Shown: positions 12,034-25,860, counted from the stretch's first letter. The stretch is 64,000 nucleotides of DNA from Octopus sinensis (GCF_006345805.1 NC_043007.1:30628001-30692000); one strand, 5' to 3'. Translations and numbers: made by a program. The notes: a model not told the origin generated them from the sequence alone.

Positions 12034-13500
12034 ACATGCACAGACACACACACACACACACACACGGACGCACACAGAAAGAGAAAGGAAGGAGGAGGGA
12101 AAGCAATTACATCACGATAGAGTCATTTTGCCGATTAACTATTTAACAACGGAGAACCCTTTGTCCTTCCAAGTATAAAACTAATTACTCAAATCCCTTC
12201 TCAATCCTTGTTTATTTCTCCCCCACCCCACCCCTTCCTTCCTCCATCACCAGTGAAAGGCTCCACGCGAAATACGGCCACAACAAAACAAACATTAGTC
12301 AATAATACACTTACATATAAACTGACCAACCCACAGAATAATGCAGACTCCACTCATAAACTGAAAAAAGCCCAACATGAAATATTAAACAAACATATCA
12401 CTGTACTACATGAACTAAATGCACCCTGGTTCTGCCTGGTATTTACACAATGGAAAAACATGACTAGCGAAATAGAACACAATAATCGTAATATACATTC
12501 ATAATTATAGAAAATACCAGCGTTTAGAATTACGTTTTCAACAGAAAAACCACTGCAGTTGCTATATAAACATTCATTAGTTTCGTTAATTATTATACGT
12601 GAAAATCATTTCAAAATTAAAAACCTCTTTATTAAATGCAAGCTACGAGGTTCCAGACTAATGAATAACCATACTTCAAATGACTAATTAGTGACTAATT
12701 AATGTAATTTACGGATTTGTATGCAAATGTTGAAGCTGTAAAATCCATGACCTGAGCATGTAACAATTGCCAGACTTGTACGTGTTGATTTTCAACCGAC
12801 AATGCATCTATAACAAGCAGACTTTGCATTACATTATGTTAGGAAAATCGAAAATAAACTAAAGAGAGAAATATAAAACAAAAATGACTTGATCATGTGA
12901 TCATTCTATGAAGGATTTCCAATAAAAAAAAATAAACATCAACTTAATCATGCAATAAATATGAATAACTAAATAGAATGCAAGAATTAACACACAAATA
13001 CCGCACTAAATGAACAAACCATGACCAGTTCGGGATTATTGAAATAAACCTGACGTTGATGGTCAAATATTTTCTTTGACCATTTGTAACTACGTCATTA
13101 AAACGCCATTCATCAAACCAACGAGGAAATCTCTACTCAGTCGCTACACTTTTATGAAATAAGAGGGAGAGATTTGGCTGAAATCTCCCCTAGACATTAT
13201 TTTTAAAAAATTATAGGATGGTCGTACCATTGGTCATAACTGTGACTGATCATAACTGACTTGGAGTAAATAAACAGAAACATCTTTGGCAAGGTAAAGG
13301 TAGGAACAAAATACACGGCGACATTACTTGAGGTCTTTGAAAATCAGAGTCCAAATACCGCTGGTGTCAATTTTACTTTTCCGCCTCTCTTGATATCCAT
13401 TGTACATACACACATACATACATGCATACACACACACACACATACATACATACAGACAGACAGGCAGATATGCATGCATAAATTTGTAGCATAATATATA

Positions 13501-13547
<47 letters not shown>

Positions 13548-13659
13548 GGATGGAAACCTGAGACATAAGTAGACTTAGCTTGATATGGTCAGTTAAAATG
13601 GTTTCATACGAATTAAGTTGTTACATCTCAGTTCAAGAATTCAACTTTGTTCCCGTTTT

Positions 13660-14110
13660 TCTGTCAACATGAATGTTAACAAAAGAAATGTTTTTTTCTT
13701 TGTCGAACCGCAAGGTTGCGGGACGTAAACACACATGCACACACACACATACACACTCACACATATATACATACATATATATATGTATATATATATAGCA
13801 ATCTCAAGATTAATCAGCCGAAATTGCGAAGATGATCCGGTTCTTGACTGAAGATTGAAGGCTTCGAATGTCCCGTCCGTGTTTTTTGTATCGTCTTCTA
13901 AATGTTTCACGTTCTTGTCCCAGTTTGTATTTTTTTACATTTACATATATATACGACGGGCTTCTTTCACTTTTCATCTATCAAAGGCGCTCACAAGGCA
14001 TTAGTCGAGGTTATTCTAGATGACACTTTCCCAAGGTACCTCGCAGTGAGACTGAACCTGGAACCATGTGGTTCGGAAGTAAACTTCTTACCACACGGCC
14101 ACGACTGCAT
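13660..14110 (-). mobile_element. SINE family A copy, split by an insertion at about 13790-13925
   Basis: Head (reverse complement of CTTCTTACCACACGGCCAC, GGAACCATGTGG) at 13953-14108; body fragment at 13700-13735. Confidence 0.7.
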
Positions 14111-14143
14111 CTTACATAAACATATACATATACATATATATAT

Positions 14144-14193
<50 letters not shown>

Positions 14194-14223
14194 ATGTATA
14201 TATGTATACATATATTATACATA

Positions 14224-14260
<37 letters not shown>

Positions 14261-14291
14261 ATATGTATACATATATATATACATATATATG

Positions 14292-14322
<31 letters not shown>

Positions 14323-14436
14323 ATACATATATATATACATATATATATACATATATATATATTATATATAGATATATATATAATATATATATATATTATA
14401 TATATATATATATATATAATATATATATATATTATA
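14110..14436. repeat. Degenerate (TA)n array
   Basis: Direct reading. Confidence 0.95.
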
Positions 14437-15693
14437 CGAGGGGCGTTCAATAAGTAATGCCTCTGACCCACTTGCAGTTGTTTGATCTAGCTGAAATTTT
14501 GCATGTGCACTTATTTATACCTCTATAGATTAAGTGGCGAATACAGCTCTGATAATTGGTTTCTGATTTACAGGTGTTTGAAATGAGTCAAGTGTGAAAT
14601 GGAGCCTGTTGAGTGTCGAGCAGTGATCTGGTTTTTGTATTTGAAAGGACGCACACCACGGGAGACTTTTTTGAAAATGAAAGTAACTTATGGTGATGAT
14701 GCCCCATCATATGACCTTGTAAAACGCTGGCATTGTGAATTCAAACATAGTCGGAACTCTGTGGAAACAGCTCCCAGATCTGGTCGCCCCTTCTGCCGTT
14801 GATGAGACGTCTGTCAGTCAAGTTGAGGCTCCATTTTGGAAGGTCAACGCATAACTATTCGCCAAATAGCCCATAAGGTCAGATTAGTACCGGGTCTGTG
14901 GAAACTATCATTCATGACCATTTGCATATACAAAAGGTGTCTGCCAGATGGATTTCCAGGTTCTCACACCTTTCCAGAAGCAAGAACGCGTTGAGTGCTC
15001 GAGGATGAATTTGGAGATGTGCCAAGAAGATGAGTCAAAATTTTTCAAAAGACTGATCACACAGGATAAAACCTGGGTCCATCACTATGATCCATAGACC
15101 AAAGCCCAGTCAATGCAGTGAAAGCACCGTGACTCACCTCCCCCAAAGAAGGCAAGGGTGCAGCCCTCCGCTGACAAGGTTATGTTCACAGTCTTCTGGG
15201 ACCAGGACGGAGTAGTGATGACAGATTTCCTGGCAAAGGGCACCACAATTACAGGAGCCTATTATGCTTCACTTCTGAGGAAATTAAGAGAAGCTATCAA
15301 AATCAAGAGGCGGGGCAAGATCAGCAAAGGCATCCTCCTCCTGCAGGACAACGCTCCGGTCCATAACTCGCGTGTCGCCAGATCAGAAGCACAGGCGTAC
15401 AGTTATGAACTCCTCCCCTTGCACCCTCTGATTTTCACCTCTTCCCAGCCATGAAGTTGATTTTGAAAGGAAAGCATTTCCCAGATGATGCAGCCTTATT
15501 TCTGAAGTCACGTCGTGGTTGGAGGACCAGCTGGGGTCTTCTACAAAAACGGTCTCCAGAGCTGTATCAAACGATGGAGAAATGCATAACTCTGGGTAGT
15601 TCCTATGTAGGAAAGACTAATAACTGTGCCAAGTGTCGTTGCTCTACTGCTATGGGAAGTGGGTCAGGGGCATTACTTATTGAACGCCCCTCG
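14437..15693 (+). mobile_element. Mariner (DD34D) transposon, full length, transposase pseudogenised
   Basis: About 37-bp TIRs CGAGGGGCGTTCAATAAGTAATGCC(T/C)CTGACCCACTT, TA target duplication, ATG at 14599; motifs APRSGRP, TWVHHYDP, VFWDQDGV, LQDNAPVH; stops, frameshifts and loss of the YSPDL motif. Confidence 0.95.
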
Positions 15694-15699
15694 TATATA

Positions 15700-15712
15700 C
15701 ACACATATATAT

Positions 15713-15769
<57 letters not shown>

Positions 15770-15975
15770 CAGATAGATAGATATAGATATGTACATCTCT
15801 GTATACATATAGATGCATATATATGTATATGCACATATATATGTGTGTGTGTGCGCGCGTGTATATATACCAACGTGCTTACTTACAGACATACGTACAT
15901 ACATACATACATACATACATACATACATACATACATACATACATACATACGTACATACATACACACACACACATA
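15700..15975. repeat. (AGAT)n/(ATAC)n microsatellites
   Basis: Direct reading. Confidence 0.95.
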
Positions 15976-16409
15976 CGTTTCATGCACATTGTGTCGTTAT
16001 GATAAAAGAAAGCAAGATTGTGTGACAGAATTTATTAAAAACCTTATAAACAAAACCTACAAAGATGTTTATTACTATTTAAACCGTTTAATGATGGACG
16101 CTTTGCATATCATTTAAGCTTGGTTATTTGCTGGCTGCTGGTTGGACGTCCATTTGAAGACGTTGTTGCGGGAAGATGCGTTCGTCGCCCATTCGACTGT
16201 GCATAAATTTGAAAGGTAAGTGTAAAAACGAATGTCTATTGAACTTCATTCAAAAATGATTCGAATTAAACTAAGCCGTGATGGTTTGTTACTTCGGATG
16301 CTGGTTGAATTGAATGAAGCGAAATGATGGGGTCTGTTTTAGGAAAAAATGATTACGGCGGTCATTTGAGAAATAAAAAGACATAGAGAACAGTACAAGG
16401 CAGTATAAA

Positions 16410-17345
16410 CAAATATATATATATATACATATACATACATATATACATACATACGTATATATACATATACATACATACGTATATATACATATACATACAT
16501 ACGTATATATACATATACATCTCTCTCTATATAAACGGCAGTTTGTCTGTGCGTTTTCTGTGTGTCTGTTTTCTCGTACCCTCACTCTGACCACGGCTTT
16601 CAACCGATTCTGATGAAACTTGACACACACATAGCCCATGTCATAATTCAAACACTAACGCAGCGAAAATTTTGAAAAGTTCCCCCAGTTCTGAAAAAAA
16701 TCGATAAATTCGACATGGGGTCGAGAATCAGAAACCCAAACCACAGACCGTCTAGGGGACGCAACGCCACCTTTTTTAACTCTCAAAAAAATTTACCATC
16801 ATTTTTTTTCCATTTTTTTGCTATTTTTTGGCTATAACTCTCTAAAAATGCTTTATAGTTATTTCCCTTACAAACCTGAGCAACGCCGGGCGATACTGCT
16901 AGTACATATATATATACATATACATGCATATGTATATATACATATACATACATGCGTATATATACATATACATACATATATATACATATACATACATGCG
17001 TATATATACATATACATACATATATATACATATACATACATACGTATATATACATATACATACATACGTATATATACATATAGATACATACGTATATATA
17101 CATATACATACATATATATATACATATACATACATACGTATATATACATATACATACATGCGTATATATACATATACATACATACATATATATACATATA
17201 CATACATAAGTATATATACATATACATACATGCGTATATATACATATACATACATACATATATATACATATACATACGTATATATACATATACATACATA
17301 CGTATATATACATATATGTATTCATACGTATATATATATATATAT
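16410..17345. repeat. About 22-24 bp (TATATATACATATACATACATACG)n minisatellite, interrupted by the Helitron
   Basis: Same unit on both sides of 16520-16902. Confidence 0.85.
16520..16902 (+). mobile_element. Non-autonomous Helitron
   Basis: 5' TC, 3' CTAG, inserted between A and T, subterminal hairpin CCTGAGCAACGCCGGG (about 16875-16890) roughly 10 nt before the end. Confidence 0.75.
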
Positions 17346-17632
17346 ACAAACACACACACCCATATATATATACGAGTATACATTGATACTTATATACATG
17401 TGTGTATAAGCATAAGTGTTCGTGCTTTTATATATATGTGTGTGTGTGCGTGTGCATGTACGTGCGCGTGTGCAAGTGCGCTGCGTATGTATGTATTTAA
17501 ACTCTCCGACACAGCCTTTTCTATGCCTCCGCACACAACTAATTATGTAAACATACACACACACACACATTAGCATGCAGCTATACACCTAAACATTTAA
17601 ACACGCTTGCACATACTTATTCACACACACAC

Positions 17633-17681
<49 letters not shown>

Positions 17682-18813
17682 TACATATACACACACACAC
17701 AAACATTTAAAGACATTTCAGATTCTTACTTTTGCCAAAAACATATCAAGACGAAATTGGCTTTACTTCAGGTCAAACTGGGACGGTGGTGGTGGTGGCA
17801 GTGGCTGTGGTGGCGGCGGCGGCGGCGGTGGCGGTGGTGGTTGTGGTGGTGGTGGTGGTGGTGGTGGTGGTGGTGGGGATGGCGGCGGTCTCCGTCGTCG
17901 TCTTTGTCGCCATTATTGTTGAATAGTAGTCACGAGCGAATCAGTTCTTCTTCAGCGTTTTTAAAATTGGTAGCTGCCCAAATTGGTAAATCCCTGCTGC
18001 TCTGTTTTTTCTACTTTGTTGCTGAGGTCCCTTTTCAAACCTAAAACTATTGTAGTTACCCCCAAAACAGATCGTACGAAAACACTACGGCTGGAGTTTT
18101 ATTTATCGAAGCAACTACAACATAATTTATGTCAGGGAGGACATCTTCAGATTAAGGAATAATAGGGGAGGGGAATGGTTTATGCTAACCTTGACTTTCG
18201 CAGTAGCGAAATTATCTGTGAGGAGAAAATTCTCAGAAGGAAGGACCGAGTGAGCCACACAGCTTAACTTACATTACACTGTGTATCTGTCCCCGTTAGA
18301 AGACCCCGATCTTCGGCGGTCGGGTGGATATAGCTGTAACTTAATGTAGAATGATGTGAACGTGCGTGCATGTGTGTGTGTATGTGTGTATGTGTGTGTC
18401 TCTGTGTGTGTAGAATAAAAGAGTAGAAAAAGCATAAATTCCACATCGTTCATACTTTTGCCCAGCAGCTGTTTCGCGAAGACCAACATCATTATTGTAA
18501 TACATAATTCATTAATTTAAATTGAGCGGATTTAAAGCTGTTTTCCTAATTCATTTGGAATAATATACGTATGGGTGTATATATTCACACAATCACGCAC
18601 TCACTCTGTTTCTTTCCTTCTCTGTCTCTTTCTCTCTCCCTCCCTGTCCCTTTCTCTCTCTCTCTCTCTCTCTCTCATTCACACACACACACATATGTAT
18701 GTACTATGTATGTATACCAATTTTATGTATATCAAAGTGATGTGTGTCTCATGATTAGGATAAAAAGAATCAGGCGTAGGAGTGGCTGTGTGGTAAGTAG
18801 CCCCTTACCCCCC

Positions 18814-18902
<89 letters not shown>

Positions 18903-19789
18903 AAGAAAATAAGAAAAAGGAAAATAAAATTGATACGTGGTAAACATCAATTATTATTTATTGATTACAAAAAACGACATTATCTCATCTAACAGCTGTT
19001 TCTGTTCACGCTATTAGGGGCATAATCAGGCTTAATTATTACAATGATAATTATTATTATTATTATTATCACTGTAAATAAGTATACCAACTTAAATAGT
19101 GGAACTTCATCAGAAAGAAAAAAATAAAGAAAAAGAAAAGAAAAAGAAAGAGAAAATAAGGATATGCCAGTTGATGTTACAGGTTATCTCTATTCAAACC
19201 GTTCGAAGAGCTTCTGCACTGTTTGTGTACACAAAATTAATTCACAAGGCATTGGTCGACTCGAAGGCATTGGTCATGGTAGAAGAGGCTTGTCCAAGGT
19301 ACTGCGTTGCGAGATTGAACCCGGTTGATATTTAGCCCCAGTTCAACCCTGACTGAGGAAACGCATTTGATGAGACGCATTCGAGTCGTATCACAGAGGC
19401 CTTTTTAAAAAGTGTCTCAGATTACCTTATCTGACATATTCTTTCCTTATGTACGAAACCAGAGCGTGAGCTGAGGAAAATTAGCCTACCATTTCTAACA
19501 GTGCCAATGACCGCATAAACGCTTCCTTGTTGTTCACTGTGCGGCAAATAGTAAAGCGGTCATTCACCGAGGTCTGAATCATCATGTGATCTTGGCTTTG
19601 GTCAATTAAGAGTTGATATCAGATACAGAAACGAAACGAAAACAATATTGATTGATACAGCTACGTTGAGATATTATATAGACCGAGCGCCAGTCCCGGT
19701 TTGATTAGACTCGAAGCTCCAAAACACTGGCAGGGCACAATATGCGTACAAATGGGCCTAATACCATGAAACGGGATTCTTGAGTATGC

Positions 19790-20420
19790 TTAGGTATGGA
19801 TTAATTCATTATGATTTTATCAACTCTCGTAAATAACTAATTTAATTAGACTTTAAGCTCCAGTAATGAATCACATTGAATATTACTCCTTAGACACAAG
19901 TCACACTTAAATGAAAACTTAAGAAAAAACGGGTATGGAAAAATAAATTAAGAAGTTTTAATTAGACACTTAATTAGGAATTGATTAGACTTTCTGCTCC
20001 AACGTCAATTTCTTCGCAGAATTGTTCACTAAACCCAACTGAATCTATTCATGTCACTTAAGAACCATTTTAGGTATGGATTTATAGTTTAAGAAGCATT
20101 TTCTATTAATCACTATATACTAAATAAGAGGAAACACAGAAACACTGTTTTCAAGCTACGTGATGAATGCAACATAGAAACATGGCTGAGACCCAGTTGA
20201 CATGGAAGGAAGAAATTAAGAAACATCCCAGGTATTGGAAGGCAATAAGAAATCTTTAATTAGATCGTTAATAAGGTCTTAATTAGACTTTCTGCTCCGG
20301 TGTAAATTCTTTCACGAAAATATTCAGCTCGTCAAACTGAATATGATGTAAGAATGATAGGTATGGATCCCCTAATTTAAGAAGCATTTTGACTAATTAA
20401 CATATCCTCCTCTTAGAGAA
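19790..20420. repeat. Degenerate tandem repeat (about 140-bp subunits, about 290-bp dimer)
   Basis: GGTATGGA at 19793, 19932, 20073, 20231 (variant), 20360; ATTAGACTTTCTGCTCC at about 19984 and 20282; TTAAGAAGCATTTT at about 20089 and 20377. Confidence 0.7.
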
Positions 20421-20748
20421 AGACACCTTGCTATTTCTTGCAATAAACACCAATACATCGAGCTAAAGCTAAAGTTTTTCGGGGGTCCTTAAATATTATT
20501 GTGAATCCCCAATTTACTATTTTGTTGTAATATCTTAATCTCTACAAAACGCTGCTTCAGCATGGCCGTTATTCAGTGATTAAATTCATGAATCGAGTAT
20601 ATGTGATATCTTATGGAGGGCGAGTCGATCCACCTCGTTTATCTCCATTAGAAAAGAATGCATATAAAGTTGTGGGTTTAAGAGTTTTGTTTCACAGCTC
20701 TTTGGTTTCACGTTCGATCCCAGCGAAAAGCATCTTGAGCACATATCT

Positions 20749-20980
20749 ATTTCTTTACTACCCACAAGGGGCTAAACACAGAGGGAACAAACAAGGACAG
20801 ACAGGGGTATTAAGTCGATTACATCGTCCCCAGTGCGTAACTGGTACTTAATTTATCGACCCCGAAAGGTTGAAAGGCAAAGTCGACCTCGGCGGAATTT
20901 GAACTCGGAACGTAACGACAGACGAAATACGGCTACGCATTTCGCCCGGTGTGCTAACGTTTCTGCCAGGTCACCGCCTT
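20749..20980 (-). mobile_element. SINE family B with long-tail variant and 18-bp TSD
   Basis: CATCTTGAGCACATATCT at 20731-20748 and 20981-20998. Confidence 0.92.
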
Positions 20981-22344
20981 CATCTTGAGCACATATCTTC
21001 AGCCACAACAGCGGTTCGGCGAAAGATTTGTGAAAGAAACAGTGAAGACTAAAAATGTATGGAATCCCGTCGGTGTAATTATTCCTGTTTTTTTTTGTGT
21101 ATGTGTGTGACAGGCATCACCCGTCATCCAATTCAACACCATGATCTGCCCTGTAAGTGCCCTCGGCGGCGGTCCATTCTGCTGCAAGAACTCGAGGCAC
21201 TACTACCTGGATTCCCGCCCACCACTATTATCAACACTAAAGCAGCTACTACTACAACCAATGCTGTTATAACTACCACCACCGCCGCTACCACCACCAC
21301 CACCACCACCACCACCACCACGTTAGATGAACCCTAATAAAAGGACCATAGCCACTGCCCCTTTTCCTCTTAAGGAGTGGACTTTTTACGAACGCCAGAA
21401 ACAATTCGTCAACAGAAAATGTTTGCTTTTTTTTTTTAATGATTTGAGTAGGGTTCGAACCTGGAACCCAAGCGATCACTCCTCAGTGCAGTACTAGACA
21501 TAATCGGTCAATTCACTCGCCTGTTTCTGGCAGCTCAACAGTTTCTGGTCATACATCAAATATTATAATTAATCAAATAGTGGTCGCAATGTAACGTCTG
21601 GTGGGGGGAGGTTGGAGGGGCGGCGTTGGAGGGTGTGCGGTGGGTGTGGGGTGGGTGAGGTGGCGCTGAGGGTGGCCCGCGGTTGCAGTGGTAATGATAA
21701 GCAACGCTTGTGGTGGCGAGAGGGGAGGTGACGTGGTGGCGTTAGCGGTGGTGGTGGTGGTGGTGGTAGTGGTGGTGGTGGTGGTTGCGCTAGAAGTCGT
21801 CGGTGGTGGGGGCGGCTTATTGAATATAAGAATATCACTCGCTGTTCTATGACAATCGTCAGCATCATCATAATCATCATCTTCATCATTATCACATCAC
21901 GACCACCGTCTTCATCATCGTCATCACCATCATCATCACCATCATCATCATCATCACAAACATCACCATCATCATCATCATCGTCATCATCATCATCATC
22001 GCCATCACCTTCATCATCATCACCATCATCATCATCAGCAACATCATCATTTTGTGTTAACTACACCAGTCAACACAGACACCAATAGTTTTCACTCCAG
22101 TTCTGACTCAAGGACCACCACCACCACCACCACCACTACCATCAAAGCTACTACTACTACTACTACTACCAGAGAACTACTGCTGCAACTGTTGCTGTGC
22201 TGCTGCTGTGCTCCTGCTGCTGCTGCTGCTGCTGCTGTTGCTGAAAACACCACTTGTAGAAAACATCACCACAGTACCCACCCCACCCCCCAACTACCCC
22301 ACCACATCCCCGCCACCACTATCGCCACAACCCGTTCTTCCTAA

Positions 22345-22500
22345 CCAAACAGGTGCTCGTATGGACTGCTAGAAATAGCAGTCTAATCACACGTAGGATA
22401 ACGTAGACCAAGTTTGGTTGTAAGTAGAGAGATGAGACGGTCACGGCTGGAATGTCTTTAATCCTAGATCCGGATCATCAGGTTTGACTGGTCTTGCACC
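22345..22500 (+). mobile_element. Family E retroposon copy
   Basis: GACTGCTAGAAATAGCAG...GACGGTCACGGCTGGAATGTCTTT. Confidence 0.6.
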
Positions 22501-23184
22501 TCTCCCTGCGGACCAATCCTTCCTCCCCAGTACTTCACCTCCCCATCCCGCCACCTGCAGCCATCAACTGTTGAAGACATGTAACGTTCGCCGCATTAAC
22601 CTGACCTGTCTGGGACACCCCTAGCAACTAATTATATACTACAACCCACACTGCAGCAACTGTTGGATTTATCCCCACTCTACTATAACCAACACCAGCA
22701 ATACAACCACTTGTTCTACTGTAGCCGACACTACTTCCACGACCATTGTTACCACAACAGTCGCTACTACAACCAACGTTATAATAACTACTACTACTAC
22801 TACTACTACTATAGCTGCCACTTCTGTTGCCATCAGCGATTCTAAAATATTATCACCCCTACATAACCACCACCACCCCAACAACACAACCATTGCAACA
22901 ACTACCAACACTACTGCCCATACTACCACTCTCCCACTACCACCACTACCCTCTACCACACCACTATTACCATCGAATACAACAACACTCAGTAATACTA
23001 CTACCAACACAACTACCACCACAACTACTACCACCAACACTACACTTTCTACAACTCTACCACAACTACTACTTCCACCACCACCACCACTACAGTCACC
23101 ACCAATACTACATTTTCTATTACTCTCATACTATAATCCCAACTACAACCTCAACCAGAGTCGATGTATGTAGGAGGGAGCATC

Positions 23185-23365
23185 TATATTGTAGTACGAA
23201 CCTCCAGAAATAGCAGCCAAATCTCTTTCAAATCACACTTTGGAAGGACTCATTGGTTAGTGTAGTGTTATAGATTATTAGGCAACATGTTTTAAAAGTA
23301 AGAGGCGGTGATGGTCATGGCTGGAATAAATGCACGCTTATTTGATGAAACCTGTCCTATACCTG
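23185..23365 (+). mobile_element. Family E retroposon copy
   Basis: CCAGAAATAGCAGCCAAATCTC...GATGGTCATGGCTGGAAT, followed by (CAC)n. Confidence 0.6.
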
Positions 23366-23522
23366 AACACCACCACACCACCACCACCACCACTGCTGCT
23401 GCTCCTATTACTAATACTATTACCAATGGTACTCGTTTTATGCGGGCACCTCATATAGCACTACTATTGCTGCTGCTGCTGCTACTGCTGCTACTTCCAC
23501 TCCTGTTGCTGCTACAACAACA

Positions 23523-23556
<34 letters not shown>

Positions 23557-23793
23557 TTCTCTTTGCAACGTTAGGAAAACGTAAAATGTAAAACCATGAG
23601 TGGCAGCATTGCCATCCCTACCGTCATCATCATCATCATCTACCACCACCACCGTTATCACCATCATTGTCATAATCACCACCACCACCAACGCTACCGC
23701 CACCACCACCATCATCATCAAACTTCGGTCCCCTCTCATCACAACAGTCACCAGCATCATCATTAACCACATCAAAAAAACAAATATATAATA

Positions 23794-23828
<35 letters not shown>

Positions 23829-23975
23829 CAACAACAACAACAACAATAATAATAATAACAACAACAACAACAACAACAATAATAATAATAATTTTAAAAA
23901 AACAACAACAACGTAAACCTCATCAACAACGACAACAACAATAACAATAACAATAGCAATACTGTAAAACACAAC

Positions 23976-24006
<31 letters not shown>

Positions 24007-24429
24007 CTATCGGTAGAGTATGCTAGGATGTGAGTACATATGTAACAATCACTGCGACACACTGCGCAAAGCTTCCACCGCCATCGCCTACCCCCCACCC
24101 GACGGCACCACCACCACCACCACCGCCGTCGTCGTCGTCGTCAGCCGCAGTCGCCATCGCCGCAGAGTTCCATCGTTCTTTGCTGCCAGCTTCGCCGAAA
24201 TTGTTGGCTCAGCTTTTACAAATACACACCACACTGCACACGCGGATGGTATATATACATATATAATGGTATATACTACGGTGTACCTGCGTACAATATT
24301 CGTGTGCGTGTGTGTGTATGTGTGTGTGTGCGTGTGTGTGTGTGTGTGTGCGTGTGTGTGTGTGTAGGAGAGATAGAATAAGAGAGAGGAAGAGAGGGAG
24401 CGAGTGTGACAGACAGATAAATAGATAGA

Positions 24430-24453
24430 TAGATAAGTATTAATATGCATGAA

Positions 24454-24528
<75 letters not shown>

Positions 24529-24749
24529 TATATATATATATATATGCATATACATGTTTAATATATATGCATATATATATATATATTTATTATATATATT
24601 ATATATATGTATATATATATATTATATATATATATATATATTATATATATATATATATACATATATATAATATATGTATATGTATATATATATATATAAT
24701 ATATATATACATATGTATATATATATATTATATATATATATATATGCAT

Positions 24750-24805
<56 letters not shown>

Positions 24806-24808
24806 TAT
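24430..24808. repeat. Degenerate (TA)n array
   Basis: Direct reading. Confidence 0.95.
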
Positions 24809-24927
24809 AGTTGAAATTTACAGAAAAATAAAAGACGATGACAGGTGTATAAACAAGCAGGTGTTTTAATTTGACGCTCAGAAATGTGATAAAGTCTTTC
24901 ACGTTTCGAACCTACGCTCTTCACCTG
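24809..24927 (-). mobile_element. Short repeat abutting (TA)n, probable Penelope-like element terminus
   Basis: Homologous to 51343-51450; hairpin GAGC-GTAG-GTTC followed by GAAACG. Confidence 0.6.
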
Positions 24928-25525
24928 TATATACACTCACACACGCGCACAGATGCCAGGTTACTGAATAGTGCAACTAGTAACATATACACCAGTACAA
25001 CCTAGTACCGGGCTGCCAGATCATCGGACACGACAGTCGCACCTTCAGCAGGTTAATCTAGTGAGTGTGGCTGCTATAATCGCAGACGGATGGAAACAAT
25101 GCATCGGGAAATGACGGCTAGACCGCATTTAGGGTGAGCGATTGCCTAGCACTAACGGGTTGCTGTCTGGCTCACTGTGACCTGGGTGAGGGAGACATAG
25201 CTTGGCAGACATGAAATCATATCTCTATGAAGTTGCGCTGATAGAACTAGAGATCTTGCTATGTAGGGAATGGTGAGGGTCACTTTGGTATCTTCAATGC
25301 CTGTGGTAGATCATAACACACCTGAGTCTGGTTTGGAACAGAAATAGCTCAGCATCTCAGAACGTCGCACACATGCGATATATATTCGCACCCATACGAT
25401 ATATATATATATATATGTTTGTATGTATGTATGTACGTATGTGTGTCTGTGTGTATGTATGCATATATATATGTATATATATATATATAGACATATATAC
25501 ATATACGTATACATATATGTATATA

Positions 25526-25622
<97 letters not shown>

Positions 25623-25639
25623 TTTATACGTATGTATAC

Positions 25640-25860
25640 ATATGTGTGTGTGCGTGTGTGTGTTTCTACATGTCTTTGTATCTGTGTTTGTCCCCCAACA
25701 ACGCTTGACGGCTACTATTGATGTGTTTACATCCCACAACCTCGCGGTTCGACAAAAGAGACCGATAGAACAAATAATGATTTCGATCCATTCGACTAGA
25801 ATTGTTCAAGACGGTGCTCCAGCATGGCTGCAACCTCGTGACGAAAACAAAAAATAAAAG
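25640..25860 (+). mobile_element. SINE family A 3' half
   Basis: Homology to 3840-4040. Confidence 0.75.

Noticed and set aside
12208-12504. 98-aa plus-strand ORF in unique DNA
   Set aside because: Low-information A/C-rich composition, no motif or splice evidence
19790-20420. CRISPR-like or LRR-coding interpretation of the periodic motifs
   Set aside because: Eukaryotic context, degenerate repeats, homologous rather than unique spacers, and stops in the frames tested
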